DNA from: Lingula anatina
Lineage: Eukaryota > Animalia > Brachiopoda
Assembly: GCA_051362555.1 (NCBI GenBank)
Contig: CM120643.1
Span: 2,232,001-2,296,000 of the forward strand
Direction of reading: 5' to 3'
Length of the DNA: 64,000 bases
Shown here: positions 9,776 through 21,600 of the stretch, piece after piece
Numbering within the stretch: the stretch's first letter is position 1
How the letters are laid out: every line of letters begins with the position of its first letter
The notes under the pieces: generated by a model
Told to the model about the DNA's origin: nothing
Seen by the model: the letters and a program-made list of their open reading frames with translations, nothing else
The model's database searches: none
Made by a program: the position numbers and the translations under genes

Positions 9776-11522
9776 AATAAGCCAGTAAACTAACAAAAGC
9801 ACGTATACCATGACGTTCAATATTTCAGGAATTAAAGTTGTTGTCTTCAACCTTACATCTCATTTACAAAATCAACTTTTTTGCTCGGTGGCACGTTTAA
9901 TAGAAAACGATTTTTCAAACTTGTAAACAATATACCAATTTTTTGCCTTGCGTACAGCATTAAAAAAACTGTTCTTAAAGCAAAAGAGGAATGAAATGTG
10001 TACACGCATGCAAAATATGGATGAATGTTCTGCCTTTTACATCCTTCTTTGAACAAACAAGACCAACTCCTTCTCATCAGAGACATCCTTTTTTCTAAAT
10101 ATATACTTTTCCTTTCGTTTTCTCTTTCGCTTAGTATGCACGATTCCTTTTAAGTAGTTGTATTTTATTTCCTCTATTGTTTGGCATCCCGTAAGTGACT
10201 CATTTTGATAAAATACCAAGTGCCAAGTCATGCCACTGAATTCGCTGTAAACACTTTAATTTTTTTTTTTCGCTTTTCATCTTTAAAATGATCCATCTAT
10301 AATGAGATCATAGATACAATGAACTTATAATGTTATTTAATTAATTAATTAACGTGATCGGCGTTCAGCTCTATCTGAAATGGATTTCAACTTAGGCGAC
10401 TTTTGTTTATATAAACAATATATACTATTTCGAATGAAATTTTGAATTCAACAGAAAAGATAGATTATAGGATTTAAAATGATTAATCTTAAGTTCAAAC
10501 CAGTACTGCTGTTGAGTAGCTATGTAGTCCAAGACGTTTTACCTACTTAACTTTATTAAATTTACACAAATAACTCAAATGCGCTGACTACAATGTTAAC
10601 AAACATTTCTTTAACATTAGTTTTTAAAACGGTTTTAGACATCTTGTTCATGGCTGATATCTCAGTCTGTGTATATCTCTGCGGCAGTCGTGATCTTCTG
10701 AAGAATCCTTTTACGTGAGAGCGAAATAATTATGTTATCGAGAGAGAACATGTGGAAACTGATATGTGGGCGGAAATTCAGTTGAATCGGAAACACATAG
10801 TATACCCGTGACTCGTGCAGTGCGGTCTATGACTGTGTTCCCATACCTAGATCGATCTAACAGGATCGATCCATCTTCAAGGGGCTTATTGTTAAATTGC
10901 TTTCAGCTTAAGCAGCTTAGATGTCTGGCACGCCTACTGAAACTGCTAAACGATAATTAATTACCCCCTAGCAGCTTCTGTGGGCATGCAAGACATCTAA
11001 GCCGATTGCAATTTAGCGAGAATCTCCTTCGAGATACATCGATTCACAGCTAGTACGATAGGGCCTGGAAATGGTTCTTATGTCACATGATAAAGGATGT
11101 AATGTCTAACTGAATAACATTTTAGCCCCAACAAAACCGTGTTTGACACTATGTGAGGAGATCTACTGCGGTAGGTCTTATTACGTATTTTTATCTGGAA
11201 TATTTCACTTGAGATTACTGATCAAACCAGATCAAACCAGTTGTTGAGTAACGTAATATACAGTTGTAGCACCGACACAAAGAAAGGGACGCTATTCTTC
11301 ATAAATCCTTCATAGAGCAGTGAGTAACTGTTGGTTCTCTCTCTTTTATGATTTTACTTGACACACGTACCTTCGCTCCATTGAGTTTAAATTACATAAA
11401 AACATTATTTGAAGAATATTTGATTAAAAATTACAACTGAGGTACTTTATATAGAAATATAAAGAAATGTAGGAAACGTATGACGTTCACTTGGGCAAAT
11501 TTGTTCCACTTTCAGCATAACA

Positions 11523-14249
11523 ATGACTAGAGTCGGTCTTCACACGGGATACTTACTCATACATGCATGCATCTTGGTTTCCACGTGGGCAGCCATGTCG
11601 GGGAAAACGTCAGTCATTGCAACCCACAATTGTGTCATCCAAGTGGACCACGGATCAAAAGACGACACAGTAGTGAACTGTGAACAAAAAAATCTACGCA
11701 TAATTCCAGTTGATCTCCCGATTACTACAACTGTTGCTTATCTTTGGAACAATGACCTCAGGCGCATATATAAAAAGCAGATGCAATCCCTGTCGAAAAT
11801 GAGAAAGTTGTATCTTGACTCGTGCAATATATCATATCTGGATAAGGACGCATTTTACAGCCTTGACCTTCTAGAAGTATTGGATTTAAGTCATAACCAC
11901 CTGCATCATCCTCATGAACAAATCTTTAAGTCGCTGAAGTCTCTAATGACTCTTGATCTGTCCTTTAATAGAGACATTTTTGGACCGTCACTTACATCAT
12001 CTTTCTTCAGAAGTCTGCATCGTTTGCACAGCATTTCTTTGGGAAATGTTGGGTTGCATTACATAGCAGAGGGTGTATTTGACACAAACATTGATCTAAA
12101 AGAAGTCCATCTCTTCACCAACAGATTTCAGAATATTCCAGAGGCTATTTTCTCCAGCACTAGCGTCAGTTTTATCGATCTATCTCATAATCAAATACAC
12201 ACTATTTGCGTAAACATCTCAACCAACTTCTTTCGCGAAAAACTTTACCTGAGGTTGAGTAATAATCGTATATCTAAGTTATGCAGAGAAGGTTTACAAC
12301 CACTGTCAGTGTTTGGCCGACTCAGTCTGGATGTGGGACGGAACAACATAACACAGATATGTGACAACACTTTTACAGATATAAGAAGCATCGGGGAACT
12401 ATCAATTTCCTTTAATCCTCTTTGTAAAACTACACTGCGGCACTCTACTCATCCAGTCAGTGCAGTTAGCTGCAAAGCATTTCAGAATTTTACCTACAGT
12501 TTAAGGAAGAGTAGACTTTCTACCTTGAAGGCGCGACGTATAGGATTGTTCTTTGATAATCTAGATCCGATTACATTCTTTCACCTACAAAATGCATCTC
12601 TAAGAAAATTAGATATAGGACAGAATCATTTAGGGCGTATGCAACCATTAACTTTTCAATTCCTGACCAATCTTACCGATTTAAAATTAGACAATTGTGG
12701 AATCAAGCCCTTTTCACTAGTAGCTGCTTTAAAGCCCCTCACAAACACGGTTAAAAAGATAGATTTTAGTTACAACAATCTGGATACAAATATTCTTGTT
12801 GGTACACTTAACGCATGTCCACACTTAGCTGAACTCCGTTTTATAAACAAGTTGGATTCCTTTAAACCGCGTAAGCAAATGCATTATTACGCGGAGGATC
12901 ACTCAAGTATAAAGAGCTTGGAGTTTAGGCCTAATAAACCAAATGGAATTGAATTTTTTGTCTTCAAAAACTTGTCGTCCTTGGAAAAGCTTACCGTCAA
13001 TGAACTTAATGGGCTAGCGTATTCCTTCTTCAATTTGAAAAAACTAAAGCTTCAAGATTTACAACAATTACAGATCTTAGACCTGTCCAGAAACAATGCA
13101 TACTTACATTGTGACATACAGAGCGCAGATTACTTCAAAGGAATGCCGAATCTCCGAGATTTACAAATGCATTATAACAGGCTGTATCTAACCAATGCCC
13201 CAACACTCCTCGTTATGTTCCAATCCCTTTACAATGTGACATATTTAGATTTAAGTAGTAACTTGTTATCGGAACTTCCAGTGGGAATGTTTGACTCTAT
13301 GGTGCGCCTTAAAACTCTACATCTTTCAAGAAACAAACTGCGGACTATTCCCAAGGGACTATTCAGAAACTTGAATCAACTCCACAGCTTGACGCTCTTC
13401 TCTAACTCCATATCCAGCATCCAAGATGGCGCCTTCGATGGCTTAGTATCGTTACGTGTACTTAAAATGGGCAATAATAAGTTAATCTGTGACTGCAATA
13501 TGCGGTGGTTTCAGCAATATTTTCAAAGACTAGACAATAAGGACTCAGAAGAGTTTTGCTTTGGTACTGCTTCAACACACAAAATTAAAATTTTTGATTT
13601 CAAACCTGATTGGTGGCAGTGTGATAATAACACGACGAAAGTGGCGGTGAGTGCCGTTGGGGTGGTATTATTCATATGTTTTATAGCTGGTATTATTTAC
13701 TATGCAAGATGGGACATTAGATTCGCTTTCGTCGTCAGGTTCGGGTGGCGATGCTGTGCGAAGAAACCACAAGATGCTGACGTCAACCTTGTGAAAATAT
13801 TCGACGCCTTTGTATCTTATAGTTTACTGGATACGGCCTGGGTTGCTGCCGAGCTAATTCCAAATCTGGAAAATGACGAACAATTCAATTTTCGTCTTTG
13901 TGTCCATGAGCGCAATTTCCTTCCCGGCAACTCTATTGTAGAAAGTGTTGAAGGCGCCATGGACGGCAGTTACTGTGTCATTTTCTGGATTACTCAAAAC
14001 TTTCTGGAAAGTGAGGTTTGTGATTTTGAACTGAATTTGGCCAAGACTAAACTCTTTGGAGGGAGCATTCGCTCGGTTATTTTCATATTTGAAGAACGTT
14101 TTGATAAAATCCAACTACCGCAGCCAATGGGGATTATGATACGACATTGCCAATGTCTTTACTGGCCAGACCTGCGGCTGCGCAAAAGGGACATTTTCTG
14201 GAAAAGACTGAAGCTTGCCTTGTTGGAAAACAGACCAAAAGAAAACTGA
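11523..14249 (+). CDS. Toll-like receptor, copy B (tandem paralog of copy A)
   Basis: 908 aa and colinear with copy A without gaps; about 80 amino-acid differences by manual count (~91% identity); intact LRR-CT CxC motif and TIR boxes. Confidence 0.97.
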   Translation: MTRVGLHTGYLLIHACILVSTWAAMSGKTSVIATHNCVIQVDHGSKDDTVVNCEQKNLRIIPVDLPITTTVAYLWNNDLRRIYKKQMQSLSKMRKLYLDSCNISYLDKDAFYSLDLLEVLDLSHNHLHHPHEQIFKSLKSLMTLDLSFNRDIFGPSLTSSFFRSLHRLHSISLGNVGLHYIAEGVFDTNIDLKEVHLFTNRFQNIPEAIFSSTSVSFIDLSHNQIHTICVNISTNFFREKLYLRLSNNRISKLCREGLQPLSVFGRLSLDVGRNNITQICDNTFTDIRSIGELSISFNPLCKTTLRHSTHPVSAVSCKAFQNFTYSLRKSRLSTLKARRIGLFFDNLDPITFFHLQNASLRKLDIGQNHLGRMQPLTFQFLTNLTDLKLDNCGIKPFSLVAALKPLTNTVKKIDFSYNNLDTNILVGTLNACPHLAELRFINKLDSFKPRKQMHYYAEDHSSIKSLEFRPNKPNGIEFFVFKNLSSLEKLTVNELNGLAYSFFNLKKLKLQDLQQLQILDLSRNNAYLHCDIQSADYFKGMPNLRDLQMHYNRLYLTNAPTLLVMFQSLYNVTYLDLSSNLLSELPVGMFDSMVRLKTLHLSRNKLRTIPKGLFRNLNQLHSLTLFSNSISSIQDGAFDGLVSLRVLKMGNNKLICDCNMRWFQQYFQRLDNKDSEEFCFGTASTHKIKIFDFKPDWWQCDNNTTKVAVSAVGVVLFICFIAGIIYYARWDIRFAFVVRFGWRCCAKKPQDADVNLVKIFDAFVSYSLLDTAWVAAELIPNLENDEQFNFRLCVHERNFLPGNSIVESVEGAMDGSYCVIFWITQNFLESEVCDFELNLAKTKLFGGSIRSVIFIFEERFDKIQLPQPMGIMIRHCQCLYWPDLRLRKRDIFWKRLKLALLENRPKEN

Positions 14250-16759
14250 TTGGTTATTTTTGATGTCAGAACATGGTGCCTTTGCTTTATTTATCTTGTT
14301 TCTTTTTATTATAAAACTGTTTTTATACCAAACTGTTGATAACTGCTAGTTTGAAAAAGGTGGTCAGCTTTGTAATATAGAAAAGACATTTGATTTACTT
14401 ACGTTGCTGACGCATTTTGTAAATTTAAAGTGCTTGTTATTTTAATGCCATGTAATAGCTTTAAAGCTCACATCGTATACCTGTCTCTAAACGCTTGGGT
14501 TTACTTAATATCAGACAGAGATACCTTCGTTTTAATGGAAAAGAGGCTAAAAATAAGTGTTCAGACACTTTTCTACAACATAATCGGACAGAAATGAATT
14601 ACTGTGCTCAATTCTGCAAAGGGGCAATCTATGAACATTATAATTTTAAAACATTACCCTGTGCACCGGTAGATGGAGCTACCGACTGCGACAGTAATTA
14701 ACTGATAATGTATGTGGGAAATGCATCGTAGATGAGGACATCTGTTGAGTATTTTAAACGAACACCACTTGGCCTCATATTTTAGCCGGGCAGTGACACT
14801 CTCAACAATCCGCAAGCTAGTATATGTACCAGTGCATTGCATTGTATATGATTCAAAAAGAGCGCTATAACCTTCTGATATTTTCTTAGAAAAGGTGTGT
14901 CAAAATTAACGAATAAATAATTACAACGGCTGAATGACTTTATTTATAATTATTATATGAACGGTTGTAATGCAAATTATATATATACCGATGAAATGAA
15001 AGTTTTCAGGTTCTTTCTTAAGTGTAATGTAACTATGTGTACATTTTATAGTGTATCAATCTGCAAAAGGGTGCTCATAGACAAGTTTCCCGAAATAAAA
15101 GAGCTGTCGCCAGAAAACTGGTCTCAATATTTAATCCAAAAATTTTGTTAATGTTGACTAATGATGAATTGGTATGGGATATTGTACCTGTTTTATAACG
15201 AGTGGATACATTAGTAGATATCGTATCGGGATGTTATCTTTATTTTTAAAAAAACATTTATTGCAAATGAAAGAGTTCCTGGCAGTCATTTATATTCAAA
15301 TATGGTAATGGGAGAACATCACCAAACTACATGTAGGCCTAGGCTATTAAGACACCGTGTGCACCCGTGTAACAGGAGTGGTAGTCCTAGGAATGGAAGT
15401 CCAGGCCTCCACTTAAGATGTATTGTTACATAGCCGTCGGCGTTGGCGTGCAGTTAGTTGAAATAATTATAAATAGACGCGACGCGACCTCAAGCGATAG
15501 AACGAAGCAAGTTTGGTGGTGACAGTGTGAAAGTACAGGGTATGTTTTTATTACACCAGCATGACGTTTTCATGATTTTACTGGATATTATACGTATTTC
15601 ACCCTAAAAACTATTGCAGTTATTACTTTTAACAAGTGAAAAGTTCATTTTCATTGCAAAAAAGTCACCGTGGAGTTAGTACACAGTATCTGGGTCGATA
15701 GATAAATTGGAAGAGGCCTTTTATAATTCGACATCTATACCAGGCCCCCGTTTCACAAAGAATCTTAAATCCGTAGTCGACTAGCTCGAGCTGGGTGGCC
15801 TAGCTAGGTCGACTTAGCTGAAGTCGACTATGAGTGTTTCACAAAGAATCTAACGTCTTAGCTTGGCGTGCTTACCGTAGTGGACGGAAGTCGTATTCTA
15901 AGATGGGCTAGGGGATTTTGCCAATAGAGGGCTTCGTGTGAAAACTAGTTATTTTTCATACCACTTGGTGCGCTGTATTCCCATTCACAAAATGATGACG
16001 TAGACATATTAAGCTGAAAATAGCGGTAAACTTGATATGACAGCAATGAAGGTCGCTCTTTAAATTTATTATGTTTACGCGTTTGAATAATACATATTAT
16101 AACTTTAAAGCTGTCAAGATGTTTCCAAGATCTTTAAAAGAAAATGAATGCTTTGGTCATATGAGGTAGAAACATCATCATTTAAATTGTTCTTTTTACA
16201 GGTGTTTCATTCCATGTGAGCCTTCAGGCTTCATGTAATGTCCAGGATTGTATATGATGGAGACATGACTTATTTTTCTAAGGTTACCCATGTTTAAAAA
16301 AAAACATTATTCTCAATACTTTTCTTTTTCTACATTTTCTTTTTTTTCATACAGGTATAGGTTTGATGGCATTTAGTTAGTATAATTGTTTTCTATCCCA
16401 AATTGCAATAAATAGATTAATTTGAATTAATTCCACTTGCTTCTGATTTTAATTTTTTCTCTGTCAGTGATATAAAAAGACCTGAGAATGTTATATGTGT
16501 CAGAGTTTGCATTAGATGAGGACATGTATTATGCTGTCTTGGTAAGTATTCAATCCATTAGGCCTATATGGGACTCTCCTAGATTTAAATTTTGTATTTG
16601 GGTTGTTTTTACTAAATTAAATGCAGGCAGTTAATTATCTCTTCAATAACTGTAACTCTGCTATAAGGTATGCTTGACATAAGGCAGTAACAAATCTATA
16701 TAATTTTAAATTATCCTGTTTAAATAAAAAAAATCGCTACATTTATTTGTGTATTAAAA

Positions 16760-16933
16760 GGGGCCGTAGCAATAGTCCGAAGGTTCAATAGTCCGAAGGT
16801 TCATTGGTCCGAATATTCACTATAGAACCTTCAGACCAATGAATCCTTGATTAAAAAATCGATGAAAATGTTACCACTTTTCAGACCAATGAACATTCGG
16901 ACCAATGAACCTTCGGACTATCGAGACGCCCCC
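16760..16933. mobile_element. Small foldback MITE inside the MULE
   Basis: 16-bp subrepeats GGTTCA(A/T)T(A/G)GTCCGAA on the left mirrored by TTCGGACCAATGAAC on the right; GGGG/CCCC ends. Confidence 0.65.
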
Positions 16934-18539
16934 TATTAAAACAAGTTAAAAGACATAATTTGGAGAATTTTAGTACTCTGTATTAGATCTGACACTTGAC
17001 TTATTCCCATCCCAACACCAAATATTGTATTTTGTGAAACATGAAGACACATTGAACTGACTAGGGCTTATTATTTTTTTAGTTGTGTCTATTGCAGGGG
17101 CGGACCCAGAGTTATTTCCTGACAGTCTTCCAAATTATCTTTGTTGATCCATCCTCCATTTTTTGACCGTCTTCCGACAGAAATAATTAGATACCTGTCA
17201 ATGTAAACTTTAAAATCTGACCGTCTTCCGGAAGACCCAGAAGACGCCCTAAATCCGCCCCTGTATTGTACTTAGTATTGTGGAAGAAAGGAGGGTAAAT
17301 TCACCTATGTCAATTCCCTTTGAGAGACTGGCCAAGAATAGATTGTCGGCTGTGGTGTATACATGTGAGTTATGTTACCTAGGAAGCACACATTTCAGTC
17401 TAAGTTCTAAACTTGTACACCTCTAAAGAGTCCCCAAGAGAAACATTTGTAGGCCAATGAAAATAATTTTTAGATTTTATTACTTAGATCCCGAGCAAGG
17501 GTTAAACATTATTCAATATGACCAGACCATGTACATAAACACAGAGCAAAAATATAAACACCCAATGTGAATTTATTAACATTTTACGAACAGCACAGAC
17601 AGTTACCCATAAATTATTGAACATCAAAATTAACTTTGTATAGACATATTTGTATATATACATTAAACCATTGTGTAGGGATTTTCCTTTTTTCCTAGTG
17701 TATCAATAGAAATTTTGTTATCATTATTAATTTTTATTCAGGCAGTGGAGCACCTGTTGGAATATGGATTGGGCAAAACACCAAAGATCTGCCAGCCAGA
17801 CTTTTTAATAGGCTAAATGTGGCCATTCTGGTTTTAAGAAATATTGGTATGAATATGGAATTTATTTTTGTTAAAAAATGATAATGATAATTATGATATT
17901 TATGTATAAGTAAGAGTTGGATGATAGATTTAAAATACAAAAAATTTCTAACGTAATGTGTATTCATATTTATTTTCAAGACATGCATTAATATTTAAAT
18001 TTATGAATTTAATTCATTTGATTGCTGTCAAGTTTACTATGCCCAGAGAAAGCCTTTAAGGATCTTACAGTTTTTGACACTTAAAATTCCTGGATTCTTG
18101 TAGCTTCCAAAATAGATGGGGTCATGTTTTCCCACCTGTCTGTTTGGAAATATCACTGTGTTGTCCCTTTGGTTTGATGTTTAATGCTAATAACTAATAG
18201 TATCTTTTTCTTGATTTTCAGTTGTTGCAGACAAAAGGCACTTCAAAATAATACCAATGGGCATAAGAGCAGGTTAATTTTGTCATAATGCAACACTTGT
18301 GACAGTTTTTTTTAAATTATACAAGTGCAAAAGGGAATCTTATATGGCCCAGTGATTATAACTGTGACATGTCTTTATTTAAAACAAAAATGATAATGGA
18401 TCCAGTATAATTCTGGAAGAGGCCACTACTACCAAATCCTGGAAATAATGTTACTATTATATACTGTCAAATACTTACATCAAATATTATATATAAAGAA
18501 TATTGGATCAAACTTTTGCATTAACTGTAGGGGTTCCAT

Positions 18540-18543
<4 letters not shown>

Positions 18544-18633
<90 letters not shown>
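18544..18633. repeat. (TA)n microsatellite
   Basis: About 90 bp of perfect TA repeat. Confidence 0.98.
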
Positions 18634-18637
<4 letters not shown>

Positions 18638-21600
18638 TTATTATTACTATTTCTATAAGGTGCAGATGGGATGCTGTTGGTATTTCTTTGAAAATGGTGT
18701 CTGGGTGATGGACTTGTTAAAGAGTCATGTGCACTGGCATCTGAATTAAGAGTATAATACTGTACTGTATTTATGTCCTTATTTTTATATATATCTGAAT
18801 GAAACACTGCAAGTGAAGTAGAAGGGCCAGTTAATCTTAAGTTATGCCAGAGCCCTCTAAGTTAATTTTATGAAAAAAAAAATGATATACTGGAATACAG
18901 TTAAATTGTCATTTAAAATAAAATAAAATTTGGATGGTTCACAACATTTTTTATCCACTTCCAAACCCAAGGTCTCTTTATTACCTGCAGTAAACACACC
19001 ACATGCAGTTTATCTAAGAGAAATCAATATACATGTGCAACAGTAACATAAAATGATTAACCTACTGATTGTTGTAAAATATTAATTAAAAGATGAGGCT
19101 CTCCTCTTATCTTATTTTAAATGATGTACTGTGTATTATTAAAGACAAGTGTGAATGAATTTTATTTTAAGAAAAGATCACATTAGATGATAAAATGTTG
19201 ACCAAATATTTATATAATTTTGTTTATTTACACGAAAAAGTAACTTACCCAAGAGAACAAATAAGTTTGGATTTCCCTTAACTCTTAAGAGATTATCAGA
19301 GGTTAGTCATCTGTGAAGGTCACATGGTTAAGTGGCAAGCACAGATTCCAGAATAATTGCAAGAACCACCATTTTGGTGGTAAAATAGAATTTATATTTC
19401 TCTGAGTTGTTTACAATGTATTCAATGTGAAATATGAATCTCCTATATAAATGTGTGTGTTTGTGTAAATAAGTATGTATGTAAGTATGTATGTAATGTA
19501 TTCCATAATTGAGATTTATTTAAACTACCTTTTATCAACTGCATCTTTTTCTTTATTTCTTTTTTTTCAAACCACTTTTTTCTGTGGGTGACATGGTAAT
19601 GCTAAAAGTTTTATGAGAATAAATATATTTTTGGTGTTTTTGGTATTACACTTTTTTAGTTTTTGCCATTTTTTAATAACCAACGGCATTGCTTAAAAAT
19701 GGGCATTTATGTGCAAAATTCTTGACCCAATGTTTCACAGGTTTAAGTTCGGTGGATTATATATCATGCACAGCTCAGTAAATAAATCGTGATGAATAAA
19801 ATATTCACTTCTACAACTTCAGTTAAAATATTCCTAACAGGAAAAAGAAACAAAAATTGAATTTACTAAAGAATGAAGGAGTGTTTAAACAAAAAATATC
19901 CACAATCCATCCACAAATGTCTTTCATATCGAAACTGTAAATTTATTTATTTTTTCTTTGAACATTTGTCTTGGTAAGAATGGATCAATTAATATGTTAA
20001 ATTATACTTTGTTGGTGGCAATAAGTTGGAAGAATAAGTTATTTCTTTATATACAGCATTTTCTTTTATGCTTCCTGGGCAAGCATTAAATTCACAAATC
20101 GGGGGGCAAGAAGCAATTTACAGGTTAACATTATAAACTTTATATAGGACAAATCAAGCCACACCCGGCTCCCACTTTTCTCGACACAGGATTGATACTA
20201 CTACTTAGAAATAATCCATGCATGTCAGGGGTGGATCCAGGATTATTTGAAGGGGGATCCGGCTTTTCTTTGGCATGACAGGCTGCAGATGCAAAGCTTA
20301 CCCTCGTCCCCCCTCAATAGGCCGAACAGTGCCATTTGGTACAATTTAGAACTATGATTCAAAATTCTAATTTTAACGGAGACCATTGGTGTGATTTTTT
20401 ACAGTGTAATTAATCTGTTTAATTTCAAGTATCCTTAGATTATCTATGCTCTTAGATGTAACTGACAATTTCAGCTGCAAAAGAGTAACTTTAAGGGGGC
20501 GGGGGGGGGGTACTAATTACCCCCAACAATTCTCAATTGGTAGTTTATATAGTATACCCGTTAATATAACATACATGTAGGCCTGATAATTATGCGGATT
20601 GTTTTACCCATTTATAAATAATATAATACACGTTTTATATTATTCATAACGATGTGAGTCTCCCGCCACCTGCTTCATTTGCCAAAGTCGACACCCTGAA
20701 ACATGTTATCTGTATTAAACATTCATTTGAAAATAATCACGTGAAAATGCTTGTAAATAATAATTAAAGTGACGTTATTTACATAGTGCATAAATATGTT
20801 CCTTCCAACGCTGTTTCAACTCATTTGAGTTATTCTGTTCTCACATTACATGTACAATTCCTTAAAACGACACACACAAGAAAACACGTAAACATAATAT
20901 ATTTTAATTGTGACTTGCTGTTAAGTACGTTTATCCCTATTTTCTATTTTACTTGAGCTTAATAGGGTCATACGTCTACGTCATCATTTTGTGAATGGGA
21001 ATACAGCGCACCAAGTGGTATGTAAAATAACTAGTATTCACACGAAGCCCTCTATTGGCAAAATCCTCTAGCCCATCTTAGAATACGACTTCCGTAGTGG
21101 ACGCGCACGAGAAACTCTTCAAGAAAAGGAGGTGTAAAATTGCAAAAGTTTCACAAGACATGACGTTTCATGACCTCTTTCGGCCGAGAACGATCGTTTA
21201 TCAACAATAAAAATCAGCCAAAACACAAACAAAGTTTGTTTTTGAACTTTATTGATTAGTTTAACTTCAATACAACTTCAAAGTAACAGTTCAACATAAG
21301 CTTGTCGTGGAACACTACTGAGGGACGTCTAGCGGTCAAAAACATAAACAAACACGCGATCGGCTGGGTAAAGTGGAATTTTATTTTTTATTTTAATATT
21401 CCATAAATGTCAGTGCTATTCAAGGATATTATAACACAATATCTTGAAGGAGGTATGTTCTTTCCAAATTTTTGTTGTTTATGCTCTCATTTACCGAGTT
21501 TTAGTTGAGCTTGCCGACTTAAGTCTCCTCCCGAGGAGGCTTGACATCGTCGACTTACAGCTAAGAAAAAAACGACGTAAGCGACCTTTTAGATTCTTTG

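Larger units (their letters stand above)
1..14710 (+). repeat. Tandem segmental duplication of the TLR unit (1-~4325 vs ~10253-14710)
   Basis: Constant 10,253-bp offset. The upstream 1.27 kb is almost identical; 3'-flank similarity fades about 300-450 bp after the stop codon. Confidence 0.95.
15886..21093. mobile_element. Mutator-like (MULE) element, 5.2 kb, non-autonomous
   Basis: ~120-bp near-perfect TIR GGAAGTCGTATTCTAAGATGGGCTAG...; perfect 9-bp TSD GTAGTGGAC (15877-15885 and 21094-21102); no long ORF inside. Confidence 0.88.
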
